From positions 199,082,001-199,146,000 of the forward strand of contig JBITNC010000001.1 of NCBI GenBank assembly GCA_050084985.1: DNA of 64,000 bases, given 5' to 3'. This document shows, one piece after another, positions 53,401 to 64,000 of the stretch (position 1 is the stretch's first letter; each line of letters opens with the position of its first letter). Position numbers and translations under genes: made by a program. This DNA comes from Nageia nagi (lineage: Eukaryota > Plantae > Pinophyta). The notes under the pieces are model-generated. The model ran no database searches, was not told the DNA's origin, and saw only the letters and a list, made by a program, of their open reading frames with translations.

Positions 53401-54277
53401 TAGGCTAAGGGTACTCAAACTCGCATTTCCGATCCATCTCGGACTCAATCTGTGCATTTCTAGCCATTCCCGACGTTTCCGAGCTCAAACTCAACCAAAA
53501 CGCCTCTTTCGGCACCTTCGAGCTCAAACTCTTCTTTTTCAATGATTTCCGAGCGCAAACAATGCAAAAACAAACATTTCCACCTTTCCGAGCTCAAACT
53601 CATCATTTTCCATCATTTCTGGCACTTTCGAGCTTAAAGTATCCATTTCTGTCCATTTCTAGGTCTTAAGTGTGAAAAAATGATCATTTCCAGCATTTTA
53701 GAGCATTTTCGGCCATTTTGAGTTCAACTTTGCATTTTTGACCATTTCCGAGCTTTCTAGGCTTAAACGGTGCAAAAATGCACATCTTTACTGTATTGAC
53801 CATTTCTAGGCTCCAAATCGACCAAAACACGCCTTTTCGTGATAATGATCATTTTTGAGCCTTCCGAGCTCATACTTGACAAAAACGCTTATTTTTGTCA
53901 CCTTAGCTACATCCATTGCTCCCGAACTTAAACTTGAGAAAATGTTCATTTTTGTCACACTTGGCACTTATGAGCTTAAAACTCTGAAAACCACTCCATC
54001 TCTACTGATTGCACTCTAGACCAAAAAAAATCCGTGCTCTGATATTCTCTCTCAGATCTTGGCTCCTTGGCTGCAAAATCAGTGACTGGATACTCTAATA
54101 CTCTTCAAGGTCTTCGTCGCAAGATCTTCTTGAATCGCTCCTTGATATCATGTTTGCACTCTTCAAAATGAACTATCCTTCGCTAAAAGCCAATCTCAAG
54201 GCAATGCACCTCATTGCCTTTGCAAAAATAGGGTCCCCAAAATCTTGTATTATGGGGTGTGTTGTGCGGGCACAATA
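50419..54277 (-). mobile_element. Giant solo LTR, family B (3859 bp), inserted in RT
   Basis: Perfect TSD GTATC; removal restores EILYLGHII; TA...TA termini consistent with decayed TG...CA. Confidence 0.9.
51900..53300. repeat. ~183-bp tandem array inside the family B LTR
   Basis: TTGCTCAAA-type anchor recurs at about 51956, 52139, 52322, 52505, 52689, 52872, 53054 and 53238. Confidence 0.85.
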
Positions 54278-56974
54278 GTATCTAGGGCACATAATCAGCC
54301 ATGAGGGAGTCAGGGTGGATGAGCAGAAGATTGCAACCATCCAGAAATGGCCACAACCCACGTTCCTCACGCAGTTGAGAGGGTTTTTGAGGCTTTGCAA
54401 CTATTACCGGAGTTTCATAAGTGGCTTCTCTCACTTAGCTGCCCCTCTCACTTAGCTAAGCAAGAAGGATGCATTTGTTTGGAGTGATGGGGCTCAAGAA
54501 GCCTTTGAGACACTCAAGAGAGTCATGTGCACTTGTCCTTGTTTGGCTATACCCGATTTTTCAGTTCCTTTCACAGTGAAGTGTGATGCCTCCAAATTGG
54601 GTGTTGGATCAGTGCTTATGTAAAAGGGGCAGCTGATTGCATTTGAGAGATGAAAGTTGTCTAGTGCATAGCAAAATTTCATCGTGTATAATAAGAAGAT
54701 GTTGGTCATCATGCATGCGTTAGAAAGGTTCAAGCAATACTCGGTTTGTGGCCCATTCGTCATCCGGAGTGACCACAACAGCTTTAAGTACTTTCTCAGC
54801 CAGATAGATCTGCGTGAGAAACAACAAAGGTGGATGAGTAAGTTACAATACTTTGATTTTGAGATTTAGTACATCAAAGGTAAGAAGAACACAACAATAG
54901 ATGCATTGTCCAAGAACCCCTCCTTCTACTCTCTTGTCTATCATAGCTGATTGGAAGAAGACAATTATGACTGAGTACACCTAGGATGAGTTCGCTTTTG
55001 GTATCCTTAGTGGGGTAGTTAAGAATAGGAGATATGTGGTCAAGGACAAGCTAATCTTGAAGAGGAACAAAATCTTCCTAACCTCGAGATCCGAGGTCAG
55101 GAAGAAGGTACTGCATACAATGCACAATACCCCTCTTGTAGGACATCCAGGCATCACAAAAACCTACCAAGCTGTAAGGGAGAGATAACACTTGGAAGGG
55201 GTTGAAGTAGGATGTTTTGAAGCATGTCCAGGAGTGTGCGTAGTGTCAGGAACCGTTACCTATTCCTCAGCAGAAGTGGGAAGACATCTCCATGGATTTC
55301 ATCATCGGCCTCCCAAAGGTCCAAGGCAAAGACAACATCTTTGTGGTGGTGGATAGACTTACCAAATTTGCCCATTTCTTTGCTATGACTGTTACATACA
55401 CTGCTGCATAGGTTGCTGATTTATTCTTTAGAGAGGTCTTCAGGTTGCACAGGTTGCCTAGAAGGATTGTGAGTGACTGGACAACAAGTTCATGAGTTTG
55501 TTTTGGCAAGAACTATTTCAGTTGAGTGGGACCGACCTCACCCCTAGCACCAGTTACCACCCCAAACAGACGGGTAGACAAAAATTGTCAACAAGTGGGT
55601 GGAGGGGTATTTGAGACACTATGTGATAGGGCAACAACAATCATGGGTCAAGTGGCTCCACGTTGGGGAGTATTATTATAACTCCACTTATCATATGTCT
55701 ATAAAGATGTCTCTTTTCAAGGCTTTGTATGGTTATGATCCTCCTAATTTTATGGACTTAATTTTTGATGAAGGTAGGGCTCCCAAGTTTAATGATTTCT
55801 TGCAGGAGTATCAAGACATCATGAGGGCTTTGAAGGAGAACCTGTAGATGCCTCAAAACAGGCAAAAGAATTACTATGATCAGAACTGGACAGAGATATG
55901 GTGTATTTACGATCGGAACCATTTCGATAATCATCCCTTAAGAAAAAGGTCCTATATAGGGTAGGAGAGGTTGCTTACGAGTTGGAGTTGCCCTAGGAGA
56001 GCAAGATCCACAACACCTTCCACATCTCACTCCTGAAGTAGGCCATGGGGCAGCAGGACGTCTCATCCACCGTCCTACCCCCACTTGATGATGAGGAACG
56101 ACTGATTTTTGTTCCTAAGAAAGTGCTTGAGATCAAGGTTAAGAAGTTGAGATCTAGACAAATCCAGGATTAGATGAGCTAGGTGATAACTCCTAGGTGA
56201 GATTCGAACAAAGCAAGTGTATAAAGAGACATTGGAGCCTCATTGTTGGATATACTTGGTATTATATTGTTGAGCATTTCATATCTTATATACAAACGTT
56301 GGGCATTGGATCTTATATTGTGTTGTTCTTGTATCCATTATTGCAACGTTGTGGTGTGTTTACTTATTCATGCATGTATGAGCCAAACGTTGGCATTGTG
56401 AGGATTTGTATAGGGATATCTGCTTGTATTGGCTAGACGTTGGCATCTGGGAGTTGTTAATGTGTAATACTAATACCCTAGCTTAGATGTTGGCAAGTTT
56501 GCATTGTATTGACTTGAAGTGGATGCCCTAACCCTAACATTGCCGCCCTAGGCCTAGCATCAGGGTATATTGGTTGAAATTTGCTAATTTGCACTTGAGG
56601 GTTTGTTTGGATCCTTACAATGCTAAGGTGTCATCATGGGCGAACGCGGGGGTTTAGATGTCTCCCCAAGGCAAGCACAAGTGTCCAAGTCCAACATTGG
56701 GTTCTAAGTGTTTAATATGCAATTCTAGATGTTATATGAGGCTTGGGATTCCTGCAATTATTTTTAGGATCTCCAAGTGTACAATTAAATAATAATAACT
56801 CATCCTAAGCTTGGGAGGAAAACGTCCCACTTGAGCCTCACAATGTGGGTCCAATGTACCATTATATTTCTATCCCAATTAACTAATAAATAAATAAAAT
56901 ATTTACGAAAGGGGACCCCTAGGATTCCAAATTTATTTGTTTTTATTCAAAGAGGATGTTACAAAGCCTCCCCT

Positions 56975-59900
56975 TTCGAAATTGCTTGCCCTCAAGCAAT
57001 TCAGTGATGGATGTGCAAGTATTTCAACTCCTTCCCATTTGGAATCTTCATTTGGCAAATCTCTCCACTTGATCAAGTATTCATGAATCTATCTTGATCT
57101 TAACTTCTTCACTCTAGTCTCCAACACTTTTTCTGGAATCAAAACCAGCCGTCCTTCATCAAGTGGTGGGAGGGTGGTTGATGATGTATCTTGCTGTCCT
57201 AACGCCTTCTTGAGGAGTGACACATGGAAGATGTTATGAATCTTGCTTTCTTTGGGCAACTCAAGTTCATGTGCAGCTTTTCCAACCTTGCTTAGGATTT
57301 TGTATTGGCCAAAAAATCTAGGTTGTAATTTTTCTACCCTCTTAATCTTGAGAGAAGATTGCCTAAAGGGTTGCAACCTCAAATACACCATCTCCCCTGC
57401 TTCAAAGGCTCTATCAGTCCTCTGGCCAGCATACTTCTTTTGATGATTTTTGGCCATTTGCAAATTTTTCCGTAGAGTTCTCATGATGTCTTGGCTTTCC
57501 TGCAAAAATCCTTAGCTTTTGGGGCTTTCCTCATAAAAAATCAGAGCTGCAAAGTTAGGAGCATCATAACCATACAAAGCTTTGAAACGAGACATTCCTA
57601 TAGACAAATGATTTGTAGAGTTATAACAATACTCCTCAATATGGAGCCATTTGACCTACATTTGCTGTTGTCCTGTTACATAATGCCTGAAGTACCCTTC
57701 TAGCCATTTATTTGCTATTTCTATTTGCCCATCAGTTTGTAGGTGATAGCTAGTGCTTGGGGTCAAATAAGTGCCACTCAATTGAAAGAGTTCTTGTCAA
57801 AACACACAAACTTTCTGTCCCTGTCACTTACAATCCTCTTTGGCAATCCATGCAATTTGAATACTTCTTTAAATAGTAAATCAATCAATTGTACCACTGT
57901 ATGTGTGATGGTAATGACAAAGAAATGGGCAAATTTAGTGAGCCTTTCCACCACGACAAAAATAAAATTTTTACCTTGCACCTTTGGGAGTTCGGTGATG
58001 AAATCCATAGAGACGTCTTCCCATTTTTGTTGGGGAATGGGTAGTGGCTGAAGTAGTCTTGCTGGTTTTATATTTTCCTCTTTATTTTCTTGACATTGCA
58101 CACACTCCCTAACGTGCTTATAGACATCTTGTTTCAGCCTTTTCCGTGCAAATCTCTCTCTAACTATTTTGTACATTTTTATAATTCCTGAATGACCTGC
58201 AAGGGGAATATTATGCAAAGCATGGAGTACCTTTTCCTTCATCTTTGAATTAGTAGTCAAGAAAATTCTGTTATTTTTCAAAATCAGCCATCTTTCACTA
58301 TATATCTCTCATTTTTTACCTTCCCATCTAGAATGCCTCGAACAATTTCATCTTTAAATATTCAACCATAATATTCATTTTTCAATCAACAAAAATAGAA
58401 GAGAGAGAGTAGAAAGAAGATTCTTTGATAATGTATCAGCAGCTGTATTGTTTTTTCCTTTGATATACTAAATCTCAAAATCAAAAGATTAAAGTTTACT
58501 TACCCACCTTTGTTGCTTTTCACTCAAATCTGATTGGCTTAGAAAATACTTCAAATATTTATGGTCACTTTTGATGATAAAAGGCCTACATACAAGATAT
58601 TGTCTAAGCATTTCCAAAGCATGCATAATGGCCAACATTTCTTTGTCATACACATTGAAATTCTGTTCTGCATTAGTGAGTTTTCTACTGTAAGATCCCA
58701 AATACAAACTCATGTGCAAATGATCAAGTATAAGCAATTATACACCCACATTTGGACTAAAGCATCAAATTCAAGCATAAACAATCCCTCAATGCCAATG
58801 TCTCACATATATAAGCATAAATACACAAAATAGCCCAACGTTGCAGGAATGGAAGCATACACACCAAACATAGAGACAATATTGAGATCCAAGATGCCCA
58901 CGGATGTATTAATGATGAGAAATGACAAATGATACAATACTAGGCCCGAAGGGCTCAACGTTGGCCTCCAAGGAGCCAACTAGGGCACAACAAACATACA
59001 AATGTGATCATTGTTGGTACAACAAATGGGACAATCTCACCTCAGAGTACCACCAGATGGACTATGATGCTACAACCAAGTGTGAAAAGCCACGAATAAA
59101 CCTTTTGTAGTAATTACATAGCCCCAAAAATCCCCTTAGTTGTGTCAAGGTAGTGGGTACCGACCAATCTTGAATTGCTACAATTTTTTGCTCATCAACT
59201 CTCACTCCTTCATGGCTGATTACATGCCCTAAATACAAAATTTTAGTAATTCCAAATTCACATTTGGACTGTTTAGCATAGAATTTCTGATCCTGCAAAA
59301 TGCCCAAAACAATGTCCAAGTGTTGGAGGTGTTCCTCCCACGTTTTGCTGTAAACCAATATATCATCAAAGAAAACCAACACAAATCTCCTCAATTGCTT
59401 CATGAAAACCTGATTCATTGCTGATTGAAAAGTAGCAGGTTAGCCAACCCAAATTGCATAACTAGAAACTCAAAATGCCCTTAGTGACATCTAAAGGTTG
59501 TCTTGTGAATATCCTCCTCTTTCATTCTTATTTGATGATTCTTGGACCGTAAATCAATCTTAGAGAAATATTTAGCACCATGCAATTCATCTATAAGATC
59601 ATCTGCTCTAGGAATAGGATACTTGTTTTTGATGTACTTCTTGTTGAGAATCCGGTTTTCAATGCACATCCTCATGGTCCCGTCCTTCTTGACCAACACA
59701 ATCAAGGAAGCAAAGGGACTAGAGCTTGGCCGAATGAATCCCATATCCAGTAATTCCTTGATGGTCTTCTCAATCTCATCCTTGTAGACCTTGGGGTGCC
59801 AGTATGGAGTAATCATTATGTGTTTTGCTCCTTGTTCCAACTGTATGATATGCTCAAATCCTCTTAAGGGTGGCAACCCTCTTGGCATATCCCCAAAAAT

Positions 59901-60546
59901 GTCATGATACTTGTCCACTATGCATTGGATCTCTTTGGGCTGTTATTTCTCCTCTTGGTTATGTAACGTAGGGCTTCCTTTGGCTAGGGTGAAGACACAA
60001 CCCCATTCTATATCCTCATTCCAAACGATGGTGCTCATCTTCCTGGCCAAAACTACCTGTGTGGTTGCCTCAAGGCCGTTGCATGCCGCTTTTGCTCTGA
60101 ATACGAACTTCCTTTCAGCCTTTTTCTTTAGATCCAACAGGGTGACTGCTTCCCGAATGCACAAAGGAGGTCTAGATCCGGATGTTCGGGGTTTTACAAG
60201 CTTTTCCCTCCCAACGTTGGGCTTCCTCCTTTCTGCAACTCCATATCCCAGAAGATCTTGGTACAACTGAAAATGATGTCTCTTTGGAACTCTTTGGAGG
60301 TCCCTTGGTAGATCTAGAGCAAAACTTAAATTTTTGGCAGTGTTTATGTGGTAGAGCAGATCTAGGTTCCCACTTCTCTCCTTTCTTCTTCCTCATCCTT
60401 TCTTCATGCTTTTCACCTAAATACCAAAAGAGCTTCTCCCTTTCTTCTTGAGGGACTTTTCTTTCCTCAAATTGATGAAGCAATTTTTGGAATAGCTTCT
60501 TCCCAAAATCTAATTTTTTTACTTTGGCTACAGATCTGGCTTCCAT
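56975..60546 (-). pseudogene. Leader-RT-RNase H-integrase-chromodomain polyprotein relic
   Basis: ORFs 59481-59918 (RT), 59062-59418 (FFDD), 58489-58737 (RH), 57778-58281 (HHCC and core), 57089-57505 (PRFFGQY); chromodomain HEYLIKWRDLPNEDSKWE at ~57085-57030. Confidence 0.92.
58689..59075 (-). mobile_element. Truncated family A LTR in the RNase H region of copy 2
   Basis: TGTAAGATCCCAAATACAA start as at 42441; the right part is deleted together with flanking pol. Confidence 0.8.
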
Positions 60547-60547
60547 C

Positions 60548-63500
60548 TATTGTGCCCGCACAACACACCCTAAAATACAAGGTATTGGGGACCCTATTTT
60601 TGCAAAAGGAATGAGGTTCATTGCTTTAAGATTGGTTTGTGGCGATGGATAGTTCATTCTGAAGAGTGCAAACATGATATTAGGGAGTGATTCAAGGAGA
60701 TCTTGCGATGAAGAACTTGAAGAGTATCAAAGTATCCAGTCACCAATTTTGGAGCCACGGAGCTAGGATTTGAGAGACAACATCAAAGCATAGATTTTTC
60801 GGTCTAGAGTACAGTTAGTGCACATGGGGTTGGTTTTGTAGAGTTTGAGCTCACAAATGCCAAGTGTGGCAAAAAGATGCGTTTTTTGTCAATTTTGAGT
60901 TCGGGTGCATTGGATATGGCTAAGATGACAATAATAAGCGTTTTTGTCAATTTTGACCTCGAAACGCTGGAAAAGGGCAAGTATGATAGAAAATGTGCGT
61001 TTTTGTCAATTTTGAACTCACAAGTGGTCAACAAGGTAAGAATGTGTGTTTTTGCACAGTTTGGACCTAGAAAGCTCGGAAATGGTAAAAAATGTAAAGT
61101 TGAGCCCAAAATGCTTAAAAGTGCGATTTTGGTTCGGAATGCACATAAATGTTCAGTTTTGATCGGAAATGGGCGGAAATGTAAAGTTTGAGCTTTGAAG
61201 TGTCGAAAATGATCGTTTTTCAGAGTGTAAGCTCGATTTTGACCGTAAATGTCAGAAATGACCTTTTTAGAGTTTGAGCTCGAAAATGCCGGGAATGATC
61301 GGAATTGCATAGTTTGAGCCTAGAAACGACGAAAAATGTGGATTTGGTCAAGTTTAAGCTTAGAAATTGTGGATATGGGTCCGGAATGCACAAGGTGTGC
61401 CCAAAAACACATTTTGAGGATTTTAGTGATATTAGAGCTCGAGTTTTGACACATAGCTCCCAGGAATGGCAAAATTTGAAAATTTTTCAAGAGACAAATG
61501 CAAATAGTGTTGGAAATCAAGTCTAAGAGCATCATTGGAGAGATAAGGTTATTTCTAACATAATTAGGACTTGAAATTTTCGATTTTGACCAAGTTTTGA
61601 TCCCTCCAAGCCTAGTTGCATTTTTTCAATCCAATGGAAATCCATTGAGGTGTATTGTGGTGCTTAGCTACCAAGGGAAAAATGAAATTAGTCTCGAAAA
61701 TCAAGGGATATTGTTTGATTGCATGTAAAATTCTATTCTAAGGCACTTTAGGTCTATAGTTTTTGATTTGACCAATGGAAGTGCCCTAAAATTCTAGGTG
61801 CAAGTTTCCAAGTGATTGGAAATCCATAGACTTGCATTTTGGTGCCTAACTTGAAGGAGAAAAATGGATTTTGACCAAAAGACCAAACAAAAGGCATAGA
61901 TTGATGGAAAAGGGGTTTCAAGCACATTTAAGTCTTCAATTTTTCAAATTTGATCAAGTTTTGAGGCTCAAAAGGTTAGGCGCATGTTTTCAGCTGTATG
62001 GAAATCCAATGGAGTGATTTTTGGCGCCTAGCATGAGAGGAAAAGATAATTTTTTGATAAAATTCAAGTTTAAGTGCTTGGGAACAAGGAAAAGACCATT
62101 CTAAGCACATTTAATACTCAAAATTTTCAATTTTGAGCAATTTTGGGCACCCTAAAGGCTAGGCGAAGGTTTGCTAGTTTTTCCAAATCCAATGGAGTGA
62201 AAATCAACACCTAGGTTGGAAAGAATTGATAAATTTTGATCAAAAGTCAAGTTTGAAGACATAAGTGCATAAAGGAGGTCATTTTGAGAAGGTTTAAACT
62301 TGCAAATTTTCATTTTTGAGCAAGTTTAGAGGCTCAAATACCTAGGTGCAAGTTTGAGGCTGATTGAAGATCCATTGGGCTTAAATCTAGTGCTTAAGTT
62401 GCCAAGAATTGAGAAATTTGGTCCAAAATTCATGTGTGAGCACTTCATTGCATGGAAATGCCATTTAAAACACATTTAGGTCTACAAAAAAGTGATTTTG
62501 AGCTCATTTAAGGCCTCTCGAAGCTACGCGCAGGTTTTAATGTCATTGGAGAATCCATAGGAGTGAAAATCAACGCTTTAAGTTCGAGAGATAAGTGCAA
62601 ATTCACTCAAAAATCAAGTTGGACCCCTTCCTTGCATGGAGAAAGACATTCCAAACACATTTAAACCTACACATTTTCAATTTTGAGCACATACAAGGCA
62701 CCAAAAAGCCAAGTGCAGTTTTTCCAATTTCTCCAAATCCATACAAGTGAAAACTAGTGCCTAACTTGAGGAGGAACATCAAATTTTGGTCAAAAATAAT
62801 TTTTTTTGCCTTCATTGCATGGAAAGTGGAATTCTAAGCAACTTTAAACTTTGAAATTTTTGAATTTGAGCAAGTTAAAGGGCTCAAAAATTTGAGGCAT
62901 TTTTGATTCCTATGGAAATTTCACTTGTTTCTACCAAATGAAATCCATAGACATGAAAATGGAAAAAATTGCCAAAACCTCAAATCTTTCATTAAACCTC
63001 CTAAAAATCTCCAAAACCTCTCAAAATTTGCCAAGTACCTTGTAATCCCATTCTCCATCCATCCATCCATATGCTCAAATTTGCTTTTTAAAATTTTTTC
63101 AAATTTCGGATCCCCCTTTATCTTTTTCGAAAAATAGACAAAAAAATTCACTTTTTCAAAAAATTCTCTTTGAATCGATTGAAAATTTGCCACAATGATC
63201 ACATCATGGGCAAATCTAGATTCAAAGAAGGAAGGAGCTCAAAAGATTATCAGAATGATCCAGAACGAGGATTTGAAGCTCCAATTTTTGCCAAATTGAT
63301 GTAAAATGCCTCAAAATGCATGCGAGGGCATCAATTTTTGTAAATATTTTATTTTTAGCATATTTTAGTGGGATGAGACTGTTCTCCCACTAAAATGATA
63401 TTGTAATCTCAGTTTAGCATTTAAATTAGCATTTTAAAGCTTTTTTAAGAATTAGGGAAACACCCTCAAATTTTGACCTAAAAAGTTTATAAATAGACCA

Positions 63501-64000
63501 TAGGGGGTCACATTTTGAGGTAGAATGTTGAAGTCCAAGAAATTTCCAATTTTTTTCAAACTTGGAAATTTTTGTAATTGAGGAGCAAATTGATGTACTT
63601 ATGCAAAACTCTTTTGCAAACATAATACAAAGGGCTACAAGTTGATTCAAAATGTGTTGTCATCTATGGGAGTGGTGGATTGATCTTTTTAGAATATTTT
63701 CTGTAATTTAAACATTTTTGTGTCTTCTCTTTGAAAACTCTCGAGTTTTAGGAGAATTTGTTGTAAGCTTTTCAAAAATGTTTGAATTGTCTTGAATTGT
63801 TGCTAATTCATCGCTTGCTTGTTAAATGTTTAGTAATCTAAATTGATTTTCTCTTAAGATATCTTCCTGGACCTCTTGTTTAAAACTATCCACCTTCACT
63901 CACGCTTAGTCCACTTGGTTGCATCGGTCTTGTTCACAGATTACTGACAATCAGTTCTGCTTCTCGTTCATCTTTGAAATGATTGGACAATAGTCATCCA
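60548..64000 (+). mobile_element. Family B giant LTR, inverted relative to 50419-54277, cut by the window end
   Basis: TATTGTGCCCGCACAACACACCC start; reverse-complement similarity across several kb; TATAAATAG at ~63488. Confidence 0.88.

Larger units (their letters stand above)
46361..56165 (+). pseudogene. Leader-RT-RNase H-integrase polyprotein relic (segments 46361-47196, 48594-48631, 50040-50418, 54283-56165)
   Basis: [42 protein letters not shown], RNase H CDAS/SDHNS and integrase SMDFI...[11 protein letters not shown] motifs; many stops. Confidence 0.9.
45032..56619 (+). mobile_element. Ty3/Gypsy chromovirus copy 1 with three nested solo LTRs
   Basis: 5' LTR 45032-46324; PBS TGGTATCAGAG 46326-46336; pol relics; deleted 3' LTR ~56168-56619 ending GGATCCTTACA like the 5' LTR. 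Confidence 0.88.
44460..60547 (-). mobile_element. Ty3/Gypsy chromovirus copy 2 (3' LTR split by copy 1; 5' LTR displaced beyond the family B insertion)
   Basis: PPT AAAAGGGGAGGC then TGTAACATCC at 56963; LTR parts 56620-56963 and ~44460-45031; pol on the minus strand. Confidence 0.75.

Noticed and set aside
51900-53960. CRISPR-like regularly spaced palindromic repeats
   Set aside because: The spacers are homologous to each other, the context is a eukaryotic LTR, and there are no cas genes
60804-61310. 168-aa ORF and similar F/K-rich ORFs in family B LTRs
   Set aside because: Translations of tandem-repeat DNA with no domain motifs

Overview
AT-rich, repeat-dense plant nuclear DNA, most likely from a large gymnosperm genome (inferred from the very long TE-filled introns and abundant C>T/G>A decay). 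One host gene is recognisable: the first four coding exons of a VPS26C/DSCR3-like gene on + (12862-12918, 12994-13101, 13181-13245, 35219-35273). Intron 3 is about 22 kb, and intron 4 apparently runs past the window end. The rest is nested, decayed retroelements: Ogre/Tat-like elements carrying antisense, spliced PMD genes; six solo LTRs with readable 5-bp TSDs; a family of 3.9-5.1 kb LTRs built from hairpin tandem arrays; L1 remnants; and two opposed Ty3/Gypsy chromovirus copies. Main finding: both chromovirus copies lack recognisable Gag and protease. Instead, a conserved, unrecognised ~140-170 aa leader starts 35 nt after the PBS and is fused in frame to RT-RH-INT(-CHD). Second finding: a poly(A)-tailed, TSD-flanked element carries a non-RT cargo ORF. 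All calls come from manual reading of the sequence; no database searches were run.
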